Of a stretch of 64,000 nucleotides of DNA, positions 13,622 to 27,486 are shown one piece after another. The stretch is from Leidyana gryllorum EB-2025a. Its lineage: Eukaryota; Protista; Apicomplexa. A model generated the notes under the pieces. The model worked only from the letters and a program-made list of their open reading frames with translations, ran no database searches and was not told where the DNA came from. Made by a program: the position numbers and the translations under genes. Each line of letters begins with the position of its first letter. Positions within the stretch are counted from its first letter, which is position 1. The stretch lies in assembly GCA_048772705.1 (NCBI GenBank), contig JBLWGC010000173.1, positions 1 to 64,000 on the forward strand, written 5' to 3'.

Positions 13622-16600
13622 TGGTGTCATTCTCTCTCGTAGATATTCTGACTGCCGAGATGGAGAGGCTTCACCGCCGAGACGAAGTCCACACCAAAAC
13701 GATCGAAGAGAAGCTCGAGCGACTGAAAAAGTGGTCTGAGGAGTTGTCACAGCGAGAGGCCGAGTTGGGTGCCATCCCGCCGCCCGAGTTGCAGAAGGGG
13801 ATCCACATCCAAGAGAACTATGAGCAGGAGTTCGCCGGAATGCAGGCCATCATCGCCAAGACGGTCGAGGCTGAGAAACGAGGACGCGGAGGGGTAAGTC
13901 TGAATCGCTTTGCCCTCTTTGATCACATCCAACACAGGGAGACGAGCGAAAGACGTCAAGTTATCTGCCCATCGATCCGAATGACAAGTCGATAAAAGCA
14001 GTGTTGGCGAACCGGCCCGCGTGGCGGTCTTCGCAGAGGGCGACCGCTCAACATATGGAAAGGATGCAACAACGTCGCAGTGCCTCTCTCACTCGACAGA
14101 ATAGCATCAACAATAAGGCTCCGATCCGTATACAGTTGCCGGAAGCTCAAACGGTCCACCTCGGTGTCATGGACGACGCTCAGTTGGACGAAGCCGCCCA
14201 ACAAGTGGCAGCCGAAGCCTCAGAGCCCCTTGTCAGCAGCAGTGTGGTGAATAGACTCAATGCTGCTCAGCCTCAAATGAATCCGGGACGCCCGCCCAAT
14301 GAGGTCGTTCAAGTCGAGGATGAAGACGATTTGAGGAATAGCCGAACGGACGCCGGAACCGGTGGCCTTCATCAGGTCCAAAGGGAAACCTTCGGACAGA
14401 ATTACGGACTTGACGACCGCACTGACTCAGTACAGGTCCTCGAGCCTCGAGAGCAGCAGCAGGATGAGATGTACCACAATCCCAGTGGAGGATCCTCTCA
14501 ATATGCGCAGACCCGTGACTTTGAGTTACTGGGTGTGAGTGGTGGTCAAGAACGGCACGACGACTATAGCGCAGGATCTACGGGTGGATATCAGATTGGA
14601 AGCCGTGAGGCATCTGTCCGAGATCAGATGCAATCCCAATATGGTGGAGGGGACGAGCGATCGCATCGTGAGGAGCAGGCTGCGACGAGTGCTGAGGTGG
14701 ATGATGGCAACGCGCACTATGATAATCAAGTTTGGGCGAATGAAGAGGGTGCTGAGGGATGTGACGAGATGCCAAGCAGTGAGCAACACTTTGCTGACGG
14801 GAATTTGAGGATGCAAGGAGACAACGGAGGTCAGCAGGAAGATGAAGCTGGAATGGATCTTCGGAGCGAACGACCGAGTAGCGCATCTCAGGACATGGCT
14901 GGCCAACAACAGTATTCTTCCAATCCGACATCGTACTATGAGCCCCACAACCAGTATGAGAGCGGAAGGGACTCTGAACACGGTATGACATCAGATGTAT
15001 TCGCACACACACTATAGACGCACGTCGACCAGAAGAATACGGATATGGTGCTGAATATGGAGAGTCCCGACCTCATTCGGCGGAGGCCGAAGGCCCATTC
15101 TACCCCGTACAAGGCGAGTCTGGTAACAACAACCAAGACGGTCTTGCTCCTAATTATCAGGTAACGCGACTTCCCAAAGTCATGAGCGATGCCTACAAGA
15201 AGGCTTATCAGAATCAAATCCTGCCCTCCAGCAACAAGCAACCCCCCCATGGCTTCAACAGCAAGATACCAACACATTGCAGAACCGACCCCAAGCCACC
15301 GCCGCGACCCGAGGAGGACCCGGAGGACCCGCCGGACAATTCATACCAACCCAACCAAGGGGGAGAGCAGTACCGCTCGGGCAAGGGTTTGGGAGGCCAA
15401 CAATCCAACAAGAATGACGGGCGGTTTTATCAATCGTCCTCCCAATCTCAACAGCCGCCTCAATCGCAATATCAGCAACAAATGTCTAACTCCAACACCC
15501 AACAGCCTCCCCCACCACCGCAAGTGCCATATCAGCCGCCACCCCAACAAATGTCTTACTCCAACACCCAACAGCCTCCCCCGCCACCGCAAGTGCCATA
15601 TCAGCCGCCACCCCAACAAATGTCTAACTCCAACACCCAACAGCCTCCCCCACCACCGCAAGTGCCGTATCAGCCGCCACCCCAACAACAATATTTCCAA
15701 CCGCTGCCACAATATCCTCAGCAACCACAGCAACTACAGCAGCAGCAATATTATCAAGTGACATATCAGCTGTCACCTCAACAACAATATTCCCAACCGC
15801 TGCTACAATATCCTCCGCAGCAGCAGCAATATTATATAGTGCCATCTCAACCGCCATGTCAGCCCCAGCAACAGTATCGGCTATACCGGCAACCTTCACA
15901 GCATCCGCCTTCACCACCCCTACCGCCGCTACCGCCGCCAGCACCGCTTCCTCCAGCTGAAGAGTCTTTGCCAGTGGAATCACAAGAATCAGCGTGTGCG
16001 TCGAGTTCGCAAAGTAGGTGGGATGCTTCTGCTACGGAAACGCGTGCGAAATCCGGCGAAACTGAGCCCAGCAATCCAAACTTCCCCAATATTGCTCGTT
16101 TCATCCGAGCGTATGCACTGTCGCACCTGGAATTCGTGAGTATTGTTGAAAATATTCTGGGCACCCGCAGACGCGGAAACACTTGGTACAAAGTGTTCGG
16201 ACCGAAAGGAAGACTGAAGCAGTTCGTCCACAATATCACCCAAGATTTGCGCACCCGACCCAAATTCAATCTGGCCGATGCACGTGCATACTCTGCCAAG
16301 AGACTGGAGGAGCGATTGGTCAAAGCTCCTGGAGAAATAGATCTTACGATTCCGCCGTGGAACGCCACAGTCAGCGAAGCCTCCTCTGTGGCTCCAGCTT
16401 TGCAGCACCCGGATGATGAGTGTCTTCATCATGACACTGAATTACGCAAGAAGCCGTCCAACAAGTTCCCTATGGAGTACTACGACGAAGTTGTGGGGGA
16501 AGACAAGAACGTCTTTGCCTGGCTATGCAGCCCGTTCGAAGAGTGGCGTGTCTGTTCACTGGCTGGTTTATTCAGCGAGCCGAGTGAAACTGAGCTTTGC

Positions 16601-19600
16601 CACGAGTCTCCTGATCCTCGGCTCGGGTTTCATGGCTACTTACTAACACCGCCCCGTCGAGTGCCGAACGGATATGTGCGTGTGAGTCCCAGACCCTGTG
16701 ACCCGGGACTGCGTCCAGAGCGCGTCAACGAATTCGGACCGTTTCAAATCGGTGCTAAATTCATCATCCGGAAGTCTTGTCGGCCCTGTCCCTACGTATT
16801 TACTCTGTACGCCTCAATTGGGCAGAAGATCCTGGACCTGATCCGCAACGACTATCCGGATCAGCCCATTGAGTATCAGGAGCTTCGCAGGGAACAGCGG
16901 ACAGCCGTTGATGCGTGCATCCACCTCAAGTATCTGACAGCTATAAAGTTTGCTGATCCGGACCACAAAATCGAGTTGGTTGAGAGTCTCATTCGTCAAG
17001 GTTTCGAGGAAGATGTAGTCACCAGCGACCACGGGAGCCGCGAGATTCTGATGGAGCGAATATTGGCCGGTCTCGAAAAGATGTACGACGCGAGTGTCCT
17101 CGTCCTACCACCTTTGCCCACGCCAACAACTCTTCTGAGAGACGTTGCCATACAGGAATGGGGATCAGAGCCGATGATCAAATGTGACCACATCTGCTAC
17201 GATACGCCCGAGAACACTCCGCCAAAGGTTCCCAGGCTCGTCCTCCAAGACTTTGTTCCGGTCGAAGATCCGACTTCCGAGTTTGGGGTGACACGCCCAG
17301 CAACACCTGTGGTGAAGAAGCTACCCATCCGACCCCGAGGACGCGGCAACCAGTATGATATTATGGTTGAGGAAGCCAAACACATCGTTATGGGCATTCG
17401 GGGGCTGAGAACTATGGCCAACATACAAAGCCAAGAACATCGAGACTTAGTCAGAGCGGCTGTTATCATACTCCATGCCCGGGCGGCGTTCTGTAAGGAT
17501 AATGACGAACTGGACTACGACGCTATGTGTCAACTGACCAATGCCCCGCCCAGCAGCACCCCGCTGGAGGCGTTTAAATTGCAGGAGCCCATTATAATCC
17601 CCGCCATAGAGTTTGCGATGGCCAGACACCTCTTGTTGCCGGGCCCGGATGACGATCTCTCGGCACTGGTGCGCAACGAGCCCCCCCACGTCATGACCAC
17701 TGGCAAACGGTTACGACAGGGAATCCTGACTCAGCGAGGAGAACCCGAAAACGTCCCCTATCATCGTGTCAGAAAGGTCACAGTGCCTCGTAGCTCTGAA
17801 CTCCAGCCGTCGTCTGCTCGGTCATCCCTGACTACAAGTTCTCCGGTCGCTCCCTCGAGTCCGGATCCGGATCCGGAGGCACAGCCTCATGATGTCGGCA
17901 AGGAATGTCTGGGCAGACTACAGGCCCGTTTGGCAATCCGACGGACAGGTCCTTCGTGGCGGGAGGGCTTACGGATCAGATCCACCACATCTGGACTAGG
18001 CGGCCTGGCGAGTAGGAGTCATACTCCCACTCACCGGTCCCTACGATCCAATACGGCTTTCGATCCCTCAGACAAATTTGTTCGAGGGCTCTATGATGTT
18101 GAAGTTGAGCGACAATCTCCTATGGGGGTGGACGAAGTCAGCGACGTGGAGAACCGATCAGAACTGTATTCTGCAATTGAGAAGGTCGGAGTTTTGACCC
18201 GGGAGCAGGTCAATGACCCATTGTGCTCTGATGAGAGGATTCCATGGATGCTCTCGGACTACTTTGGGCCCGAACACAATGACTCCGGCCACCGTCGAAC
18301 GACAAACGCGCCCCCTCCGCGCCCCGCAGTCGCATTACTCGACAGTCCGACAGTATTTGAACTCGCCGAGGAGTTCCAAGCGGAGGGTCTGACTCGTACT
18401 CGGTCCATTTATTCGGATTCTGAGGAGTCTCGTTCCTCCACCCAAATACTGAGGCGTCAGGTGCCAAAGGCACTGAGTCGTCGGATGCGAAAGGCGGTCG
18501 CTGTCGCAAAAGCAGCAGATCGGAATCCAGTGGTCCGAGTTGAGAAAGTTTTCGCGAGCAGAAGGGCTGTTGGACCCGATCTGGCGAACGCCGATCTGAT
18601 GTCGATCATCTTCAAGTACGAAAAAGAACCGGAGAGGTGTGCGCCCATCGAACGTGTGGCTCTGTTCGGAGTTCGAGCTCGTTTCGTCAGTGTGTGGCTG
18701 GAACAACCCAAGACACTCCCCAAGATGCCCAAGAGAGACACAGACCAAGGAGCTGAGGAACCCGAACTGATTATTGCAGAGAATCCACAAAAGGCTTTGG
18801 AGCACATCCCTCATGTCACTCCGAGCATAGTGATGCGAATGGGGGACTACCCAATTGTGATGCAATACAAGTGGGATGAAGAGACAATGGAGGGGGTTCG
18901 CACCGGTGAGATAACGGACCCGCCTGGAGGTTACCCCGTGCCCGACATTGTACCTAAGGCATATCCGAAACCGAGATGGCCTTTCCAAATGCTCCCGTCG
19001 GCCTCGGATAACGAGGAGACGCGGCAACAGAAGATGCAATATTTGGAGGCGCTGAGGCAGAAACGTATCGAGAGGGAAAGCAACAAGATTAGATCGATGG
19101 GCGACACTACCGAGTGTGTTGGTCCGACGATCGTCGTTCTCCCTGACTACGATCAACTCTCGGCTGCCGATCGCAAGTTGCTTCCAGAGTCTCCTGACTA
19201 CAAATGTGGGGCCTACTTTGCGGGCGGACTGGCTCCAGTCCGATGGGTCGCCAAGTGTTTGCCGAAGCCGGAGCAGTCCCCGTGGGCAACGGCCATTCTG
19301 GGATTGATCCGCAAACGGGAGAAGGAATGGACGAATTATAGATACGACCGAGACGGTTTGGCCGCAATCGCAGGCACCGAGACGGGACCAGTTGAAGACG
19401 AATCCGAGCCGCAACACAGAGGAGTGATTTGTCCGGAGCCTCTGCCATACGATTGGCTGGTGAGTCATTGCTGCAGCTTACGGTTCCTGGAGCATCTTGA
19501 CAATCCGATGGTTTCGCGTGCCGTACTGTACCGTATTCAGAAGATGGAACGAGTGTTAATTGCGAGTATTGCACTCATAGTGCGCGTTCTGTGTACGCGA

Positions 19601-22600
19601 TTCGGAGAAGGGCGACCTAACGAGGTGTCGGAGATCGTTCGGGACAGTGTGCTCAAAGATAAAGAGGGCCCTCAAGACGAAGACTGGCGATCGTTGGTCC
19701 GTCGATTACTGCCCATTCTCCAAGCGACACCTCTGGAGGAGTCGGGAACCGTTCCGTTTGAACGAGGGAAGACGCGAGTGTCATTCGAGGACCTTCAACT
19801 GGCATTCGATATCGTTGAGACGGAGTTGGGTATCCAGCACCTCGCCGAAAGCGAAGAAGCCGACGCCTTTGTTGAGATGCATTTGACCAAATTGGAACTC
19901 ATCAACGCTTGGATGATTCTACGGAATGGTTACATTGAAGCTTTGGTGCCGATTTTGCGAGTTGCTCACCTCGAAGCTGCCTTGGATCACGAAGATTTCT
20001 GTCAGTACTATTTGGACTCCAAGCCTCCATCACAGCAGTGCAGAGGATTCACTGCTGACTACAAAGAGGTGAAGCGATGGGCTGACGACAGTGTGCCGTT
20101 GATCGCCAGCGAAGTGCCGAGGGCGGGTTTCGAGTGGATCCGCAAGAAAGTCGTGACTCACGCGACCTTCAAATCTGCACTGGAACGCGACCAGTCGTGT
20201 CCACGCTACATTTACACTCTCCAGGGATCTCTGGTCCGCTTCATAGCAACGCGTCTCCTTATTCAACTCAGTGGAGATTGCCGCGACAACTTTTACACAG
20301 TGGAGACTGCGGACCTGTTGGTGGAAGGGGCGAAGGAGTTTGTGGACACATACCGCGAACTGCTCTTCCACCCCGGTAGGGTGGCCAAACATATGGAATT
20401 CTACCACAATGAGCGTCTCGAGTACTTCAAACTCTGTCCGGCTCCGTTCGCGCGAATCAGATTAGCGGCCTGCAAGAGGGCCGTCACCGAGATGGCCAGG
20501 AGACAAGCGCCTCCGCTCGCTGGACGTGCTGAGCAGAGCTCTCATCCGGTGTCTCGAACCAGTGAGTTGTCTCGAGCGCATACACGAGACTCCAGTGGGC
20601 AAGAGGCAGCCTCCCACGCTCGAAAGTCACTGGAACCTCCTGCTGCTGCCGGTGATCGCTCAGCTTCACGACCGGCGAGTGCCTACGTGCTGATGAGAGA
20701 CAGTAACACTGTTGATTTCCTCCTTCAGTCTGACTCCGACAGCGATATGTCAGAGGAGGAGATCTCAGTCGACGACCGCCAGAACGACGACCCGCTGAGC
20801 AGAACCATTACTTCCATAGCGAGTCCTCTGCTGGGCGGAAGGGTCTCGAATGAGGTGTCGGACTGTGAGCAGAGCAAAGGTCGCCCAGGAGACACGGCGA
20901 GCCCAGTTCCCCCGGTTGTGGACCGAAGCGAACCGCCCCTCAAGCTGCCCTCACCCGACAGTGAGTTGGCAAAGAAGTTCGAGGTGATCAGGCGGCCGAG
21001 CACTCTGTCCTATCAACGGTCTCAGGACGCCGTCATCTCCCGCTCAAACAGTAACACCCTCGTCAAGACCGGCTCGCTTCCCGGAAGCGCCGAGATCTCG
21101 ACTATGGAAAAGACGGCGACACCTGTCACCCAAACGTGGTCTCGCGAACAGGCGTCTTCTGGAACTCCAAAGACGGCTGAATACGTCGTCGGGACAAAGC
21201 CTAAATTGGTGACCGAAAGTGGTCCTCCACGAAGTGCGGTTGTCGAGACTCAGCCGCCGGCAGCCGATCAGAAAGAGGCGGCCCAGACAGACTGGGTGAC
21301 GACAATGATTGATCTTCAGCGGAAGCTTATGTCGGGAGCTCTGAGTCGTCCGGTCTATGAGAAGACGAGATGGAGTGTCCTGAAGCCCTACTTTGACTTC
21401 CCGGCTCAGCCCCCTCCGGCCGCCTTCCGGCGAGTGGATGGGACTCGAGGCTCTGAGTTCCCCACCCAAGCGGTCCAAGAGAGAACTCAATATGAAGAGA
21501 GCATCTTTAAGCTGTTGTGGAGAGACGCGAAGGGTACTCTGCGCTTCAACGAGCCGGCGCGCGACTCCATTACCGAATGGCCGGAGGAGGATGAGATACC
21601 ATCCTACCCCACCTCCCTCCAGGCGTGTATAATGTTCATCGAGGGGATAGTGTTCATCTACAATCTGCACGTGGACCAGAAGGAATGGGCCAATCCCCAG
21701 CAGAAGGCCCATCAGCGACTGCGGTCTTACACCCCGATGATCTCCACCTACGTGGATCAAGCGGCAGAGCTTTTCGGACGGTACTTCTCGGACAGCATCA
21801 AGACGATATGGAGTGCGCGGGCCGACGTACCTACGACGGACCCCACGCCAATGATCACACCGCAAGAAACATTGATAACGCCGCAACCCTCTATCCAGCA
21901 GGCCGCTGCGGGACCCAATGACAGCAGACCGCCGTCGGCTCCGACACCCGGCAGCAAGGGGAAATCTCAAGAAGGGCACCGCCCTTCGCTCACCTCTTCG
22001 CCCCAATCGGCTCAGCGATTCCTGCGGACCACAAGCGGTCCCCAGGAGCCTTCGGGTAGTCACACAACGCCTGCGGTGATGAGTGACAGCACCAACTTTG
22101 GAACCATTCGATCGCAACTGTATAAACAGGGAGGTCGACCCAAAGAGACTCAGCCTTCTACGCAATCGAGTCCTCAGGACTCCCCACAAACGACACCGGC
22201 TGATCCGGCCCGGGCAGGCGGCGGCGGGTCGCGACCCACAAGTGGGGCTGACTCCAAGTTGGGCCGATCGTTTGGCCACTTTAGGAATTTCCTGATGAAA
22301 TCGTCGTCCGCGAGTCAGCGAACAGATTGGTCCAAACTGCCTCAGCCTGAGCCTCGGCAGGATGATCGGAACCCACTGCTATTTAGTCGGAGCCAAAGTC
22401 GCAGCTCCGCGGCTGAAACTCCCGACAATAAGTCTGTTGCTCCCCCCGCCAATAAGACTATTGCTCCCCCCGCCAATAAGACTATTGCTCCCCCCGCCAA
22501 TAAGACTATTGCTCCCCCCGCCAATAAGACTGTTGCTCCCCCCGCCTCCATCCCGAATCCACCGGATCCCCGCCTCCAAGTGGCCAGCGATAAAATGGTC

Positions 22601-25600
22601 CGGAGGGAAATGCTTCACTTTAATCCGTCTCCGCAGAATCGTGAAGCGGCGACGACGAAAAGTGCGAACAGTGAGGGCGTCGGTCAACAGAGTTCCCAAA
22701 CCCTCGCTGGCGGACTCGGGACCAATGTGACTCGGGAGAGCATTCCAAAGGCTCCTTCGAACAGATTCATGGGAATCCGAAGAGACAGTTATGACGGCCC
22801 TCTGTCAGCGACGCAGCTGGCGACTGCAATGCTGCAGAGAGTACGGAGTGACTCGTCCAACTCGCTGCGTCATCAGGTAAGCACCTTAGGTGGCGACTGA
22901 TTAGTGGTGCCCCTAACCCAACAATTGCCGGAAGATAATCCACAGAGCAGACCTCCCTCTGACCACTGCAAGTCATCATTTCCAGTGACGGACTCGGAAA
23001 TCAATGGTCGGGAGAGTGTCGGTGTCGTTGTCAAGTGTGGTAACCTTGACGAGGCTATGGACGCATTGGTGAATCACTTTGTCTTTCAATGGATAGCCTG
23101 TCGAGTTCAGGACTCAGCAGTCCTCGACCTCTTCTGGCAGATTCAGGACAACGAGTTGTTAAGTTGTGCGCGCTCTCTGTTGTTCAAACGGTGCAGAGGC
23201 GACTCTCTGATCGATGCGATCCCCAAACCGTCTCGCTGGGACGGTAGTGACTTCATCGATCTCTTCGCGTCTTTGGGTCAGGAATTCGTCATCGATGAGT
23301 GTCTCAAAGCCTATGCCCGCACAAAACATTTGGAACGACTCTGCACAGTGCAACTCGAAGACTGGCTCGACGCCTGTACCCTCGGAGACCGCAATGGGGT
23401 CGCTGGAGGATGGGTAAATGTCTTGATGGAGACGAGCAGTACTCAGCCTCGCTCGCCGATCCCTCCAGTGTTCCGCGCCATTTACGCTTATTCTCTCATA
23501 CTCACTCGAGTCGTCCACCGCGGAGGTGTGCTGACCGAAAGAATTCTCGAACGCGTCCGACCGGAGAGTCGCGAAACAATGTTAAGCAATATGAGGAACA
23601 TTGAGGAGAGAATCGACGATACCCTATTCGACGCTTCGTTCCTCATCGAGGATCAACACACTCTGCAGCAGCAGGGAGCCTTTGTGCCCAAAGATGGCTC
23701 CCGAACCGATTCTGCAATGCTCACCTTCCGACACGACTTCAATAAGCCCACCGCGGCCAATGTACGGAGAATTGAACATGGCATCATAAACACTCGCACT
23801 GCCACCTCACACTCTGTTGCCACAATCGCTTCTGATTATGCAGTGGTCGACGAGCTCAGTGTGGACGACCTCTTCTCGTGGTACCACGCGCCTGCAGTCA
23901 ATGACATACTCAGACTCATCGCCGAACTCGAGAAACCCAGAAACACACCGCCATCAAAAGAAAATCCGCCTTCCGCTCTATGGCCGCCTCTCTCAGTCGA
24001 GACAAAGTCGCCCGCTACTGTGAAACGGAATGACACTCCTTCGGCGGGCAACAAGGATCCACGCGTTCGAGACCCTCAGGACGTGGAGCTTCCGCGCGCG
24101 ACACCAGCGGCTGCACCGTCGGACGGCGAGGAGTCGTCGTCGTCTCACTCGTCGTCGCCGCATAGGGGAGGAGCGCCAGTGGGCGTCGCCCAACCCAAAC
24201 GCCGCCGGAAGCGCCACAATCGCAAACACCGCTACAGATCTCGATCCAAACACTCGCAACAGCCGTCAAACCCTCCCCCGCCGTCGCAACAGCCGTCAAA
24301 CCCGCCCCCGCCCCCGCCGGCTCAGCCACAAAGCAATAATAAGAGAAGGATGAGTGAGACGAAGCGAAAAGCCCCTCATAACCCCCCGGTTGAGAAGCCT
24401 TCCAGCTGTCGGTTGACCGCTGAGGAGTACGAAGATGGACGACGAAGGCTCCCTTTACGTCGGGGACGAAGCGATCGCGCGCCTTCTGAGGAGATTGTTC
24501 AGCGTCGAATGATAGTTATGAGTGCCGGACTCAACATACCGCTGTACCCATCGGGATGTTACGAGTGGATGAAACAGTCTAAGCGAAGGCCGAATGAGAT
24601 CCAGTTGACTCTGGGGTGTGATGGCGAAGCAATGATCCTATACGATCATTTGAATCGGGTCTACGCTCTTCCGTTCTACGAAAACTGTCCTCCCTATCGA
24701 CCTAAGGCCCAACTGTGCCATCAACTGCCCAAAGGGGACCCGTTCTCGTGGTGGCCGGTGATTTTGGGCTCTCATCGACAGGAGACACCGCTGGATTACA
24801 ACTTTGTCGAAACGTTGGTACCCGCGGAATACAGAATGAGACAAGTCGCGGCCAAACTGTTCCCTCAGCGCTCCTCGGAGGAGACGTACATTCCCGTTCT
24901 GCCCAAATTCCGTCTCTCTGCCCCACGCCCAACCACTGCTGCCGAAGTGTCTGACTCGCCCGTGTGCTCTCTGCCGACGAGGCCCCGCTTCGCCAGTGCT
25001 ATGGCACAAAGGGCGTCTCCGGTTCAAAGCCGCGAATACGTTCCGCGGTTCCGGCAAACCGAGAACTGTACAGACTCTCAGATACCCACAATGGTCTCTC
25101 GACTCGTTCCGAAACCGAAGCGCAGAGATGTGCAACGATCACAGATGCGTGTTATAACTCCCAAAGCCGCTCAACAGAAGCGACACAGCTCGCCAGAGCG
25201 ACTGCAATTTCAAACTCCGCTTCCACCTCCCACAGCGGGCCAGCGATTGCCCGCGGCGGGTGCACTGGCCCGAATGCATCAAGTGAAAGAAGAAGAGGAG
25301 ACGACGCATTCGTCGTCTCCGGGACAGTGCGATGGAGAAGAGATGATGAACGGCTTCTCATCTCCACTCTCCATTGTGTCGAGCGGTCATAGTGACAGTG
25401 CAGAAGACAGAGTCACCAGTATGTTGCAGCCTCTCCACCCGGCCGACCGACGACAAGATACAGCGGTATTCGACGACTTCCAGACGCCCGCTCTCGCTAT
25501 GGGACATCGTGAGAGGTGGAGTGGACAGACGGAGATGCAGACGCAGATGCAGCCTCAGCCTCAGACGCAGCCTCAGCCTCAGCCGCAGCCTCAGCTGCCC

Positions 25601-27413
25601 CGTCACGTCCCCAGAGGCCCCCGAATGAAGCGACAGAAGGTCGAGGACCGGAGATCAGTGCCGACGGTGTACGAGATGAATCGTCAGCAGCAAAATATGC
25701 AGACGACATTGGACCTCGGCGACTCTGTGAGCACTGCCAACGAGACTGACATTCTCGCTCGGGATTGTTTGATGAACGACGAGTTTGCGGAAGAGCCGAT
25801 TGCCAATGCTGTGTGGGAGCTGTTGTTACAGACGGCTAAGGAATATATGGAGGACCCGGCGGCATTCAGCAAGCGGACTTCAAAGGCAATGCACAGTCGA
25901 ACGCCCAGTGGTCAGCTGAGTTCAAAGATGCCAATGTTGCCGAGTGAGCACATGATGGTGTCTCTGGAGCAAAAGTATCGGAGTGAAGGCCTCCCGTCTG
26001 TGCGCGGCACTATAGTTGCGGCGAGGCGAAAGTTCTTTGAGGATCCGTCATTCAGAACGCGTATTATTCGGTACCAAAAGGCGTCACCCACCAGTTCACC
26101 CGCCGAGTCTGCGTTACCATCTCCTCGCACACCGCCCCCGCAGATAGCCACCATGTCGACGGCGGACACACCGGAGTTCCAGTCTCCTCTGGAGGAGTTG
26201 GAGAAGGACAAACTGTATGTCTACCAGGAGATTCGAAGACTAATGGTGAGTCCCTTTACGGTGATGACGACCATATTGCAATAGCCGTCTTCTCCGTCAG
26301 ATCGCTGTTGATAATTGTGGTTTGATTGAGGGGAAACTCCTCGATTGGCCACCAGCGGACCCTCACAGCATCAAGGAGGAACTCGCTCCGACGCGGATCC
26401 CATCTTTAGACGACGCTCAGACGATTGAATCATTCTCAAATCCCTCTCTGGAGGGGACAGCGACGTTGGACCGTCTGGGGCTCACATGTCGGGCCGGCAT
26501 GGAGACCTCCGAGTCGGTGGAAATGCCCATCTCGCCACAAAGATCATCAGAGTTTGTCATCAAGGTGGAACAGACTGATGACAGCCCGCTCGAGGAAAGC
26601 GACTATCTCTTGTCTTCCCGCTCGGGAAGCCAAGCTGCCGAGAGGCGCGTTAGCGCCAATCTGAGCGTCTTCGCGGCCTTAGTCAGCGTGAGATCTCTGA
26701 GCGAATCGGATTTTGAGGTGGCGCCAAAAGAAGAGAGCGGGGAGAGCGACAAGGGCGAAGAAGAGACGACCGCAGTGGTTATGGAGACCGTTAAAGAGGA
26801 GGAAGCTGCTGACGATCACAAAAGTGGGTCGTTCACCCCAATCCCTCACTTCAGATCGGAAGAGAAACCACCAAAGTTGGAGCAGCAGTCTCATATTGAA
26901 GCACAAGGGGACGTTCTGGACATCAAGCCGAACGATGTCCTGTTAGCTGCCAAAGCGAATACTTCTGCAGCCGCCTGTTCTGAAGTCATTGCTCAGAAAC
27001 CCTTGAAGAGTGCGCGAGTGTCAGTTGAAGAAGAACCTCAAGAGGCCATTGATGAGTTTATCGAAGTTCGAGAGGCCATTGAAGAGTTTGTCGAACCTCG
27101 AGAGGCCATTGAAGAGTTTATCGATCCCCTCCCCACGGCCCGCGAGCCTGTACTGCAGAGCGCCAAACAACCGGTCAGATCGTTTGGAACTGGAATGGGA
27201 ATTCTGGGAAACTATCGACGAGCACTTCTGAGTGCTCAAACGAGTGCAGGCGACCACCCGGGGCCGCCTGAGCGGAACAATACGACCACTCCTGCGCAGC
27301 CCGTCGAGTCTCCAACATTGCTGCAACGCGCTCGACAATACTATCTGACACCCAACATTTTACCTGCCTCGATCACTACCCAATCGTGGTTCTGTCTACC
27401 CACGCCCAAATGA
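11016..27413 (+). CDS. Giant multi-exon hypothetical protein (~5,280 aa if all junctions are used): N-terminal coiled coil, Q/P repeats, long low-complexity and globular segments
   Basis: Phase-consistent GT-AG introns at 11370-11466, 11784-11835, 12862-12913, 13220-13271, 13544-13642, 13894-13937, 14983-15017, 22877-22945 and 26246-26300 link all the + ORFs. 15018-22900 is one open frame. The 22877 junction is the least certain. Confidence 0.6.
13560..13620. repeat. (TG)n microsatellite, ~30 units, intronic
   Basis: Pure TG run inside intron 13544-13642. Confidence 0.95.
15473..15690 (+). repeat. Coding tandem repeat, 3 x 69 bp (QQMSNSNTQQPPPPPQVPYQPPP)
   Basis: Repeat visible in both DNA and translation. 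Confidence 0.9.
22428..22545 (+). repeat. Coding minisatellite, 5 x 24 bp (NKTIAPPA)
   Basis: aataagactattgctccccccgcc repeated in tandem. Confidence 0.9.
27042..27126 (+). repeat. Coding tandem repeat, ~3 x 30 bp (EAIDEFIEVR/EAIEEFVEPR/EAIEEFIDP)
   Basis: gaggccattga.gagttt.tcga recurs three times. Confidence 0.85.
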
Positions 27414-27486
27414 TAGAGACCGTTGGTTCATTGATTAGAGAATGTTTAGATTAGATCGCTAGATTACCGCCACCCAACTCAAATAC

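Noticed and set aside
18335-22279. Long antisense ORFs (377 and 411 aa)
   Set aside because: Shadow ORFs of the 2,572-aa sense frame with non-protein-like composition.
22428-22545. CRISPR-like regular repeats
   Set aside because: Contiguous in-frame coding minisatellite without spacers, in a eukaryotic context with no cas genes.
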